Positions 8,645 through 17,074 of a DNA stretch of 48,442 bases are shown one piece after another. The DNA comes from Bdellovibrionia bacterium (lineage in GTDB: Bacteria; Bdellovibrionota; UBA1018): NCBI GenBank assembly GCA_045805065.1, contig JBJMMA010000055.1, forward strand, positions 1 through 48,442, in the 5' to 3' direction. The first letter of the stretch is position 1. Every line of letters begins with the position of its first letter. Both the position numbers and the translations under genes were made by a program. Under the pieces are notes generated by a model. That model was not told the origin of the DNA, searched no databases, and saw only the letters and a program-made list of their open reading frames with translations.

Positions 8645-10555
8645 ATGAGCTTTGAACGTGAATGGGATGTCATTGTCATTGGCGGAGGACATGCGGGCAC
8701 TGAGGCTGCGCATGCGGCTGCTCGTATGGGTTGTCGTACGGCGCTGATGACTTTGGATCCGTCTCGTATTGGTTTCATGTCCTGCAATCCTGCTATGGGC
8801 GGGCTGGCGAAAGGACAATTGATCAAGGAAATCGATGCCTTAGGCGGCATCATGGGAATCAATACAGACAAGACCGCGATTCAGTATCGGCGTTTGAATT
8901 CGAGTAAAGGCCCGGCTGTGCGCTCGTCGCGCGCTCAGTGTGATAAGGCACTTTATGCCACGCGGATGCAAGAATACTTGTCTGATATCAGCAACTTAAG
9001 CATCGTCCCAGCCGAAGCCCACGAGATCATATTTGAGAATGGTCGGGTTGCTGGTGTTATGACGCGCCAAGGCGAAAGACTTAAGGCACGCTCGGTTGTG
9101 ATCACTTCCGGTACGTTTTTGCGCGCCATCATGCATACGGGTTTTGAGCAGACTCAAGGTGGTCGTGCGGGTGATCAGGCTGCTATGGGGCTGAGTGCGA
9201 GTTTAGAGCGCTTGGGTTTTCGCTTGGGACGTTTGAAGACTGGAACGCCTCCGAGACTGCACAAAGACAGTATTGATTACAGCCAGGCGGAAGAGCAGGC
9301 GGGGGATGAGAATCCGATTCCATTCTCTTTCTTTTATAGAACGAATCCTTTCCCGCTTTTGCCACAGGTGAGTTGCTGGATTACTTACACGAACGATAAG
9401 ACGCACGAGATTATTGAGGGCAACTTCGATAAGTCGCCCATGTTTACGGGCATCATTCAGGGGATTGGTCCGCGCTACTGTCCTTCCATCGAAGATAAAG
9501 TGAAGCGTTTCCGTGAGCGCGATCGTCACCAGCTCTTCTTGGAGCCTGAGGGTCTGACGACGGATGAGATCTATGTGAATGGGATTTCTACGAGTCTTCC
9601 TCGTGATGTTCAGGACGCGTTTGTGCGCTCCATTCCCGGTCTTGAGAACGCTCAGTTCATTCGTTACGGATATGCCGTTGAATATGACAGCATCGATGCT
9701 CGTCAGCTCAAGGCAACGCTTGAAGCGAAGGATGTTCCCGGTCTTTTCTTCGGTGGGCAGGTGAATGGTACTTCTGGCTATGAAGAGGCCGGTGCTCAGG
9801 GCTTGATTGCGGGAATGAATGCAGCCTTAAGCGCAAAGGAGCAAGACTCTTTTATTCTGTCGCGTTTGGATGGCTACATCGGTGTGATGATCGATGACTT
9901 GGTGACCAAGGGGACGGATGAACCGTACCGGATGTTCACTTCACGTGCTGAGTACCGTTTGCTTCTGCGTGAGGACAATGCGGATCTTCGTTTGAGTGAG
10001 ATGGGCTACAAAACCGGCCTTTTAAGCGAAGAAAATTTCCGTAAGGTCGAGAAAAAGAGGGAAGAGATCGTCTCTCAGAAGAAGGCCCTTAACGAACACT
10101 ACTTCTACCCGAAAGAAGAGTTTAACTCTTGGTTCACTTCGCGGAGCCTGAACGGAATCAAAGACCGGACTTCTGCTGAAGTATTGCTCCGTCGTCCGGA
10201 AGTGGATTGGAAAGTATTGTGTGAACTTGGGTACCCTGGAGCTTTTGTTGATCCTGAGATTCAGGAGCAGATGGAGATCCAGGTGAAGTACGAGGGCTAC
10301 ATCCGTCGGGATATGGAAGTTCTGGAAGGCGTGCGTAAAAATGAGCAGCTGCGTGTGCCTTTGGATCTCGACTTTGATCAGGTCCCGGGGCTCTCTACTG
10401 AAATCCGGGGTCGTTTGAAACTCACGCGCCCAGAATCCATCGGACAAGTGTCTCGTACGCCGGGCGTTACGCCTGCTGCGGTAGCAAATTTGATGATTTA
10501 TCTGAAAATGCAGGGCGCCAAGGGCCGCTCGGTGGCTAATCTTAGCGAAAAATAG
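8645..10555 (+). CDS. mnmG: tRNA uridine-5-carboxymethylaminomethyl modification enzyme MnmG (GidA)
   Basis: GGGHAGTEAA, MSCNPAMGG, RLKTGTPPR, GPRYCPSIEDK, GQVNGTSGYEEA, EPYRMFTSRAEYRL. Confidence 0.98.
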   Translation: MSFEREWDVIVIGGGHAGTEAAHAAARMGCRTALMTLDPSRIGFMSCNPAMGGLAKGQLIKEIDALGGIMGINTDKTAIQYRRLNSSKGPAVRSSRAQCDKALYATRMQEYLSDISNLSIVPAEAHEIIFENGRVAGVMTRQGERLKARSVVITSGTFLRAIMHTGFEQTQGGRAGDQAAMGLSASLERLGFRLGRLKTGTPPRLHKDSIDYSQAEEQAGDENPIPFSFFYRTNPFPLLPQVSCWITYTNDKTHEIIEGNFDKSPMFTGIIQGIGPRYCPSIEDKVKRFRERDRHQLFLEPEGLTTDEIYVNGISTSLPRDVQDAFVRSIPGLENAQFIRYGYAVEYDSIDARQLKATLEAKDVPGLFFGGQVNGTSGYEEAGAQGLIAGMNAALSAKEQDSFILSRLDGYIGVMIDDLVTKGTDEPYRMFTSRAEYRLLLREDNADLRLSEMGYKTGLLSEENFRKVEKKREEIVSQKKALNEHYFYPKEEFNSWFTSRSLNGIKDRTSAEVLLRRPEVDWKVLCELGYPGAFVDPEIQEQMEIQVKYEGYIRRDMEVLEGVRKNEQLRVPLDLDFDQVPGLSTEIRGRLKLTRPESIGQVSRTPGVTPAAVANLMIYLKMQGAKGRSVANLSEK

Positions 10556-10564
10556 GGTAGGACG

Positions 10565-11236
10565 ATGGCTGATCAAGAGTTTATGAGCATGCTTACCCAG
10601 GAATGGCCGGGATTATCCACGGAGGCCTATCAGCGGATAACCGCATTTCGAGACTGGGTAATCGATGAGAGTACGCGCCAAAATCTGACTAAGCTCTTAG
10701 CGGCGCGTGAGTTCTTTGAGGGTCACGTATTAGATGTGAAGGCCCTTCTTGAATGTAAGCTGGTGGACTTTCCCGCAATGGATTTGGGATCGGGCGGCGG
10801 TGTTCCGGGGTTTTTAGCCGCTTTAGTTTCACCCGATCGATGGGTTTTAGCCGATTCCGAGGGACATAAGGCCGCTTTCCTGGCTCGTTCGATTGAAAAG
10901 TTTGGTTTGAGCGGGCAGGTCGAGGCATTTTCCGGCCGTGCGGAGAAGTTTTTGGGCGCGGTATCCCCGTTGGAGGCCCCAAAAAGCATCGTTGCTCGCG
11001 CGGTTGGGCCTGTGGAACGCATTTATACTTGGATTCGTCCATGTTCCACGTGGAACAATCTGGTTTTGCTCAAAGGCCCGCGCTGGGAAGAAGAGTGGAG
11101 CGAGTTTCAAAGCGGCCGTTATCGCAACGAACTGAAATGGGTCGATAGCTTCAAATATGTTGTTGGTGCGGAGAAAAAGCAGCGCATCATCGTGAAAATC
11201 GAGCGTGTTCCACGTGGAACACACAAAAAAGCGTAA
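10565..11236 (+). CDS. rsmG: 16S rRNA m7G527 methyltransferase RsmG (GidB)
   Basis: NLT, H..D, DLGSGGGVPG SAM motif, GRAE, ARAV, LKG; follows mnmG. Confidence 0.9.
   Translation: MADQEFMSMLTQEWPGLSTEAYQRITAFRDWVIDESTRQNLTKLLAAREFFEGHVLDVKALLECKLVDFPAMDLGSGGGVPGFLAALVSPDRWVLADSEGHKAAFLARSIEKFGLSGQVEAFSGRAEKFLGAVSPLEAPKSIVARAVGPVERIYTWIRPCSTWNNLVLLKGPRWEEEWSEFQSGRYRNELKWVDSFKYVVGAEKKQRIIVKIERVPRGTHKKA
11042..11057. promoter_or_regulatory. parS: parS centromere site 1
   Basis: Perfect 16-bp palindrome TGTTCCACGTGGAACA matching the bacterial parS consensus; inside rsmG. Confidence 0.93.
11206..11221. promoter_or_regulatory. parS: parS centromere site 2
   Basis: Identical TGTTCCACGTGGAACA near the 3' end of rsmG, just upstream of parAB. 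Confidence 0.93.
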
Positions 11237-11264
11237 AGAAGCGTCAAAAACCCCCAAAAAAGTA

Positions 11265-11293
11265 TTGATCACTCAATTTATCACGGCTAACCT
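11265..11293 (+). promoter_or_regulatory. putative sigma70 promoter of parA
   Basis: TTGATC-N17-TAACCT, preceded by A-tracts. Confidence 0.6.
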
Positions 11294-11438
11294 GGAAGAG
11301 TAGTCGCGATTGCGGCGAAAGTTTTTCTGGCTATCCACCACCAACCACACCACATAATCGGGGGGCGCCATCCACAAGGCGCCCCCCAATGGGTGGGACC
11401 AGAAAAAACAGCAACCGATCTAGGGGGCCTCAGCGGAA

Positions 11439-12296
11439 ATGGGTAAAGTCATTGCGATTGCCAACCAAAAGGGCGGCGTAGGTAAAACTACAACAACAGT
11501 CAACTTGGCAGCATCTCTTGCCATAGCAGAGCGCAGAACGCTGGTCATCGACTTTGACCCACAAGGAAATGCTTCCTCCGCGCTTGGGATCGATCGCGAA
11601 ACCATTGCAAGCGGTCCAACAATCTACCACGCGCTCATCGGCCAAGCGAAGCTCTCCGAGGTCATCAGACCGACAGAGATCGACAACCTCTTTGTTGCTC
11701 CGGCAAACGGAGACCTGACTGGTGCCGAGATCGAACTTGTCAGCGCGTTTGCCCGCGAACAAAAGCTCAAAGCTACGATTGCTGAAATCAAAGCTCAGTA
11801 CGACTTTATTCTCATTGATTGCCCGCCATCTCTCGGGCTTCTTACGGTCAACTCGATGACCGCGGCAGATAGCTTCCTTGTTCCTCTTCAATGCGAATAC
11901 TTCGCACTCGAAGGACTGAGCCAGCTTCTCCACACGATTTCCCTGATCAAGCAAAGCCTGAACCCTGGAATTGCTGAAGAAGGTATTCTTCTCACCATGT
12001 TTGACGGCCGAAACAATCTGGCCAACGAAGTGGTCAAAGAAGTCCGGAAGCATTTCTCAAAGCAAGTTTTCGATACAGTTGTTCCCCGCAACGTCCGCTT
12101 GAGCGAGTGCTCGAGCTTTGGAAAGCCGATCTTGCTTTACGACATCGATTCCAAGGGCTGCCTTGCGTACCTGAATCTCGCAAAAGAGGTTCTCTCGCGC
12201 AATCAACCACAGGCCGGGCTTCCCATGGCAAAGGAACAGCGCTCTCAAAACACTCAGGACCCCGAGCTTACAGCGGCTTCCGGCGGACCGAGCTGA
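11439..12296 (+). CDS. parA: chromosome partitioning ATPase ParA/Soj
   Basis: NQKGGVGKTTT deviant Walker A, DPQGNAS, IDCPPSLG, PLQCEYFALEG, PRNVRLSE. Confidence 0.97.
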   Translation: MGKVIAIANQKGGVGKTTTTVNLAASLAIAERRTLVIDFDPQGNASSALGIDRETIASGPTIYHALIGQAKLSEVIRPTEIDNLFVAPANGDLTGAEIELVSAFAREQKLKATIAEIKAQYDFILIDCPPSLGLLTVNSMTAADSFLVPLQCEYFALEGLSQLLHTISLIKQSLNPGIAEEGILLTMFDGRNNLANEVVKEVRKHFSKQVFDTVVPRNVRLSECSSFGKPILLYDIDSKGCLAYLNLAKEVLSRNQPQAGLPMAKEQRSQNTQDPELTAASGGPS

Positions 12297-12306
12297 TTAG
12301 AACTAG

Positions 12307-12328
12307 TCGAGGCGGCCCCGCCGCTACG
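12307..12328 (+). repeat. dnaA/parB upstream motif, copy 3 (TCGAGGCGGCCCCGCCGCTACG)
   Basis: In the parA-parB spacer, upstream of the parB SD AAGGAG. Confidence 0.85.
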
Positions 12329-12357
12329 CTTATATTTTGAAGTAAGGAGATTTAGAA

Positions 12358-13344
12358 GTGGCTCAAAAACCAGCATTAGGTAAAGGTCTCGCATCGCTCT
12401 TTCCTGGCGTCGCCGGAGCTCACCCGCCAGTCGCGCCGAACGCGCAGGCATCCGAAACCCAACAACAAGGAGCCGGGGCAACATCTGCAGGCCCCGCACT
12501 TCCGGTCATGCCTCAGAGCGGTCTTGGAAATCATGACCGTCATCCTGGGATCAGCGTTGCCGCCGTCGACGAGATCCGTGTCAACCAATACCAGCCCCGC
12601 CGAGACTTCGACGACCACGCTCTCGAAGAACTTGCACAATCCATCAAGAGCAACGGAATTATTCAGCCCCTGGTTGTCCGCAAAGGACAAGGCGGCGAAT
12701 ATCAATTGATCGCAGGTGAGCGCCGTCTCCGTGCTGCAAAGCTTGCTGGACTCAAGCAAGTTCCAATCGTCATTCGACGTTCCACGGACCGCGAAGCGCT
12801 GGAGCTTGCGCTGATCGAAAACATTCAACGCCAAAACCTCAATTGTATCGATGAGGCTTTGGCTTATTTTCAGCTCATCCAAGACTTCAATTTGACCCAA
12901 GAAGAAACGGCGCAGCGCGTCGGAAAAGATCGCGCGACGGTATCAAACTTTCTTCGTCTCCTTCGCCTTCCGGAAGCGATTATCGATGACTTGAAGCGTC
13001 AAATTCTGAGCTTCGGTCACGGCAAAGCGTTGCTCGCCCTGGAAGACAATGATCAACGTCTGCGCGCGCGCGCCTTGATCGTAGAAAAACACATGAGCGT
13101 CCGCGAAGCTGAAAGCCTTGTTTCCCAAATGAAGCAGGGCGCCGAGCCAGCCGCTCAAACCGCCGAGGCCGCCAAGCCCACGACGCCAGCCAAGAGCCGT
13201 TTTATGGCACTTGCTCAAGAACTGACCCGTCACTGGTCTACCCGCGTCGAGCTTAAGGGCAATGAAAAGCGCGGAAAAATCCTTATTCACTATTCTTCGC
13301 GGCAAGAGCTTGATCGCTTGCTTGAAGCGATGCAAAATAAATAG
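12358..13344 (+). CDS. parB: chromosome partitioning protein ParB/Spo0J
   Basis: LGKGLASL ParA-binding peptide, QPRRDF, IAGERRLRAA, ENIQRQNL, HTH GKDRATVSNFLRLL. Confidence 0.97.
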   Translation: MAQKPALGKGLASLFPGVAGAHPPVAPNAQASETQQQGAGATSAGPALPVMPQSGLGNHDRHPGISVAAVDEIRVNQYQPRRDFDDHALEELAQSIKSNGIIQPLVVRKGQGGEYQLIAGERRLRAAKLAGLKQVPIVIRRSTDREALELALIENIQRQNLNCIDEALAYFQLIQDFNLTQEETAQRVGKDRATVSNFLRLLRLPEAIIDDLKRQILSFGHGKALLALEDNDQRLRARALIVEKHMSVREAESLVSQMKQGAEPAAQTAEAAKPTTPAKSRFMALAQELTRHWSTRVELKGNEKRGKILIHYSSRQELDRLLEAMQNK

Positions 13345-13387
13345 ACATTCACCACTAAGCGGACAGGAAGTTCGCTGAGAGGATTCT

Positions 13388-13783
13388 ATGTCTAAAAAAC
13401 AGGACTTGAGCGTTCCAGCAGCACCATCACTCGTCACCGGCGTTATCGACCAAGGATGCGAGTTTGAAGGAAAGCTATGTTTTCAAGGTACCGTCCGAAT
13501 TGGCGGAACGTTCCGCGGGGAAATCTATACCCCGGACACGCTCATTATTGGTGAAGGCGCTCGCGTCCACGGTACTATCGAGGCTGGTACGGTTGTCATC
13601 AGCGGTGAAGTCAACGGTACCGTTAAGGCTCGCCACCGAGTCGAAATCCATCATCCAGCCATTTTCCGCGGCGACATCCTTACGCCGAGCCTCAGCGTAG
13701 ATGAAGGCGTTATCTTCGAGGGCAGCAGTAAGATGGTTCACTCGCCAACACAGGTTGCCACCCAGTCCTTTCTCGTTTCCTAA
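13388..13783 (+). CDS. bactofilin (polymer-forming cytoskeletal protein, DUF583)
   Basis: Beta-helix repeats FEGKL..GTVRIGG..GEI..LIIGEGARVHGTI..VISGEVNGTV..GDI..VDEGVIFEG. Confidence 0.9.
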   Translation: MSKKQDLSVPAAPSLVTGVIDQGCEFEGKLCFQGTVRIGGTFRGEIYTPDTLIIGEGARVHGTIEAGTVVISGEVNGTVKARHRVEIHHPAIFRGDILTPSLSVDEGVIFEGSSKMVHSPTQVATQSFLVS

Positions 13784-13803
13784 AATTTCCTAATACCAAA
13801 TGG

Positions 13804-13834
13804 CTTGACCACTCAAGCCCATGCATGTTAGCCA
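13804..13834 (+). promoter_or_regulatory. putative sigma70 promoter of the atp operon
   Basis: TTGACC-N18-TAGCCA with extended TG; overlapped by the dyad GGCTTGA-ccac-TCAAGCC (13802-13819). Confidence 0.45.
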
Positions 13835-13947
13835 CGAAGCGACTTCCCTCAACGAAAAGCGCGTCCGAAGGCCTGTAAGATCAAGCGTATAGATACTGTC
13901 AGCTATACGACTAAGATCTTAGGTAGCGAGACGCGACGGAGAGTTCA

Positions 13948-14391
13948 GTGAGCGCTATTCTAGAGCAGCTTGGTATTGATTCTACATTCTTCGCCGAACT
14001 GGTGATCTTTTTCGTCGTTTTCGGCGTTCTTTCGCGGTTTTACTTCAAGCCGTTCCTCGCACTTTTCGAGGCACGCCATAAGAAGACCGTTCAAGATCGC
14101 GAAGCGGCAGAAAAGATGATGATCGACGCGCAACAAAAGCTTGAAGAGTACAAGCAACGTTTAAGCGCCGAAAGAGCAGCGGCAAAAAAGCACTACGACA
14201 CCATTCTCGAACAAGCCAAAAAAGAAGAAGCCGAAATTCTGGCGCGTGCACGAGAAGAGGCTAAGAAGGTTACGCAAGAAGCAGCAGACTCTGTTTCGGC
14301 TCAACGCGAAAAGCTCAAGGCTCAGCTTCAGAGCGACGTCGAGTCTCTTGCGCAAACCATTTCAGAAAAACTTCTGTCCCGCAAAGTCTAA
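13948..14391 (+). CDS. ATP synthase F0 subunit b'
   Basis: N-terminal TM plus coiled coil, first of two b-type genes before atpH; GGAGAG SD, GTG start. Confidence 0.88.
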   Translation: MSAILEQLGIDSTFFAELVIFFVVFGVLSRFYFKPFLALFEARHKKTVQDREAAEKMMIDAQQKLEEYKQRLSAERAAAKKHYDTILEQAKKEEAEILARAREEAKKVTQEAADSVSAQREKLKAQLQSDVESLAQTISEKLLSRKV

Positions 14392-14402
14392 AGGAATCCG
14401 GC

Positions 14403-14876
14403 ATGTCCGAACTATTTGCGCCAACAATCAATCTACTTATTCTTGTCGGGATCCTGGTCTATTATACGCGCCACCCGATCAAGAAGTCTGTCGAAGATCG
14501 CCACACGGGCCTTCGCGATGAGCTTGCTCGCGTTCGCGATCTTCTTCGCCAGGCACAAGAACAATACAACGAGTTCTCTTCCAAGCTCAAGGCGATCGAA
14601 GCAGAAACAACGGCGCTTCGCCAGCAAGCGATTCAAGACGCTGAAGCTGCAAAGCAGCGCCTGGTGAACGATGCCCAGCGCATGTCTCAAGGCATTGCGA
14701 GCGACGCGCGCAGGGGGGCCGAGTCTCTTTATGCCGAGCTCAAGACCCAACTGGCTTCAGAAATCGGCGGCCGCGTTCTCGAGCGCGCCGAAGCGATCCT
14801 GCGTGAGCGCCTCACTGGCGATGATCGTGCGCGCATCCGTAAAGAATTCTCGACTCAAGTGGAGACTGTTCAATGA
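14403..14876 (+). CDS. atpF: ATP synthase F0 subunit b
   Basis: INLLILVGILVYY TM plus coiled coil; stop overlaps atpH start. Confidence 0.88.
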   Translation: MSELFAPTINLLILVGILVYYTRHPIKKSVEDRHTGLRDELARVRDLLRQAQEQYNEFSSKLKAIEAETTALRQQAIQDAEAAKQRLVNDAQRMSQGIASDARRGAESLYAELKTQLASEIGGRVLERAEAILRERLTGDDRARIRKEFSTQVETVQ

Positions 14877-15439
14877 GCGTAGCAAAGGCATATGCAAAAG
14901 CCCTGTACGAAGCAGCGGCTGAGGGAAAGAGCCAGGCGGACCTTGCACGGGCATGCGATGAGATCGAAGCTCAGCTCACTCAGTTTGTCTCCATCATGAG
15001 CTCCAGCAAAGAAGCCCAGGTTGCTTTCGCTAGCCCAGTCACCACGTCTAAAGACAAGGTGGGCTTGGTGCAAGCGGTCACCGCAAAGGTGGGCTTCTCA
15101 CCAATGGTTTCTCACTTTATTTCGATGCTTGCCGGAAAAGGCCGCCTCGAAATGATGCCCGAAGTTCGCGATGTTTTCGCTGACGTAAGACTCAATGCTG
15201 AGGGCGGCGTCACAGGAAAGCTCGTTTCGGCTGAGCCAATGACGGACGCAGATGTTCGCTCTTTGGCAGACGCGTTTTCGCGCAAGCTCGGCCGCAAGGT
15301 CGCGTTCCGCGTGTCTACCGATCCATCGCTCCTGGCTGGCGTTCGCGTAACCGTGAGCGGCGTGACTTACGATGGAACGCTCAAGGCACAGCTTGAGCAA
15401 CTCAGAGATAAAATTTCTACAGCGTCGGTAACGGCGTAA
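14873..15439 (+). CDS. atpH: ATP synthase F1 delta subunit
   Basis: VAKAYAKALY, DPSLLAGVRV...YDGTLK. Confidence 0.93.
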   Translation: MSVAKAYAKALYEAAAEGKSQADLARACDEIEAQLTQFVSIMSSSKEAQVAFASPVTTSKDKVGLVQAVTAKVGFSPMVSHFISMLAGKGRLEMMPEVRDVFADVRLNAEGGVTGKLVSAEPMTDADVRSLADAFSRKLGRKVAFRVSTDPSLLAGVRVTVSGVTYDGTLKAQLEQLRDKISTASVTA

Positions 15440-15497
15440 GTAAACGGAAGAAAGTTTTAAGCTTTAAAAAGCAACATTGGAGTAAGTAGAGGATATT

Positions 15498-17006
15498 ATG
15501 CAAATTCGTCCTGAAGAAATTACCCAGATTTTGAAATCCCAGCTCGCTAACTTCGAAAAGAAGTTGGACGTCTCGGAAACGGGTACCGTCGTAGCCGTTG
15601 GTGACGGCGTTGCTAAAGTTTACGGCCTTGAGAAGGCCATGGCAGGCGAGCTTGTCGACTTCGGCGGCGGCGTCTCTGGAATGGTTCTCAACCTTGAAGA
15701 AGCTAGCGTCGGTATCGCCATTCTCGGCGACGACACCCTGGTTAAAGAAGGTTCCTCTGTTCGCCGTACCGGTAAGATCGTTCAGGTCCCAGTCGGTGAG
15801 CAGCTCCTCGGCCGCGTTGTAAACGCGCTCGGTATGCCTATCGACGGCAAGGGCGACCTCAACGCAAAGGAATTCCGCCGCGTTGAAATCAAGGCCCCGG
15901 GCATCGTTGCCCGCCAATCCGTTAAAGAGCCTCTCCAAACTGGTATCAAAGCGATCGACGCCATGATTCCAATTGGCCGCGGTCAGCGCGAGTTGATCAT
16001 CGGTGACCGCCAAACCGGTAAGACCGCTGTCGCAATCGACACGATCATCAATCAAAAGGGACGCGGCGTTTACTGCATCTACGTCGCTATCGGCCAGAAG
16101 CAATCTACGGTTGCTCAAGTCGTCGACAAGCTCCGCCAAAACGGCGCCCTCGAGCACACGATCATCGTTGCAGCTACCGCATCCGATCAAGCTCCTCTCC
16201 AGTTCCTCGCTGCCTATACCGGCGTGACGATGGGCGAGTGGTTCCGCGATAACGGCAAGCACGCCCTCATCGTGTACGATGACTTGACCAAGCAAGCTCA
16301 AGCTTATCGCCAATTGGCACTTCTCCTTCGCCGTCCTCCAGGTCGCGAAGCTTACCCAGGCGACGTTTTCTATCTGCACTCTCGTCTCCTCGAGCGCGCC
16401 GCAAAGCTTTCTGACAAGCTCGGTGGCGGCTCTCTGACTGCGCTTCCAATTATTGAAACGCAAGCAGGTGACGTGTCTGCGTATATTCCAACGAACGTTA
16501 TTTCGATTACCGATGGTCAGATCTACCTTGAAACCGACTTGTTCTATTCTGGCGTTCGTCCAGCTGTTAACGTCGGTCTCTCCGTCTCCCGCGTCGGTGG
16601 TAGCGCTCAGATTAAAGCTATGCGCCAGGTTGCTGGTACGCTTCGTCTTGACCTCGCTCAGTTCCGCGAAAAGGCGGCATTCGCTCAGTTCGGATCCGAC
16701 CTCGACGCAGCTACGCAGCGTCAGCTGGCCCGCGGTCAGCGTCTCGTCGAAATCTTGAAGCAAGACCAATATGTCCCAATGCCAGTTGAGCGCCAAGTTG
16801 TGGTGATCTACGCCGGCGTTAACGGCTTCTTGGACAAGCACCCAGCGAACAAGCTGAAAGAATACGAAGCTCAGCTCGCAGACTTCATCACCAAGAAGCA
16901 TCCTGCGATCTACACCGACATCGTCTCCAAGGGTCAGATTGATGCTGACATCAAGGGACGTCTCGAAGCAGCGCTTCGTGAGTTCGATGGAGTTTTCACG
17001 GCCTAA
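15498..17006 (+). CDS. atpA: ATP synthase F1 alpha subunit
   Basis: [42 protein letters not shown]. Confidence 0.99.
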   Translation: MQIRPEEITQILKSQLANFEKKLDVSETGTVVAVGDGVAKVYGLEKAMAGELVDFGGGVSGMVLNLEEASVGIAILGDDTLVKEGSSVRRTGKIVQVPVGEQLLGRVVNALGMPIDGKGDLNAKEFRRVEIKAPGIVARQSVKEPLQTGIKAIDAMIPIGRGQRELIIGDRQTGKTAVAIDTIINQKGRGVYCIYVAIGQKQSTVAQVVDKLRQNGALEHTIIVAATASDQAPLQFLAAYTGVTMGEWFRDNGKHALIVYDDLTKQAQAYRQLALLLRRPPGREAYPGDVFYLHSRLLERAAKLSDKLGGGSLTALPIIETQAGDVSAYIPTNVISITDGQIYLETDLFYSGVRPAVNVGLSVSRVGGSAQIKAMRQVAGTLRLDLAQFREKAAFAQFGSDLDAATQRQLARGQRLVEILKQDQYVPMPVERQVVVIYAGVNGFLDKHPANKLKEYEAQLADFITKKHPAIYTDIVSKGQIDADIKGRLEAALREFDGVFTA

Positions 17007-17074
17007 TTTGATTCAGGGGCCGGTCGAAGTTTCGGCCCTCTGACTTTCAGGAAACTAAGGATAACGAGTGATCC

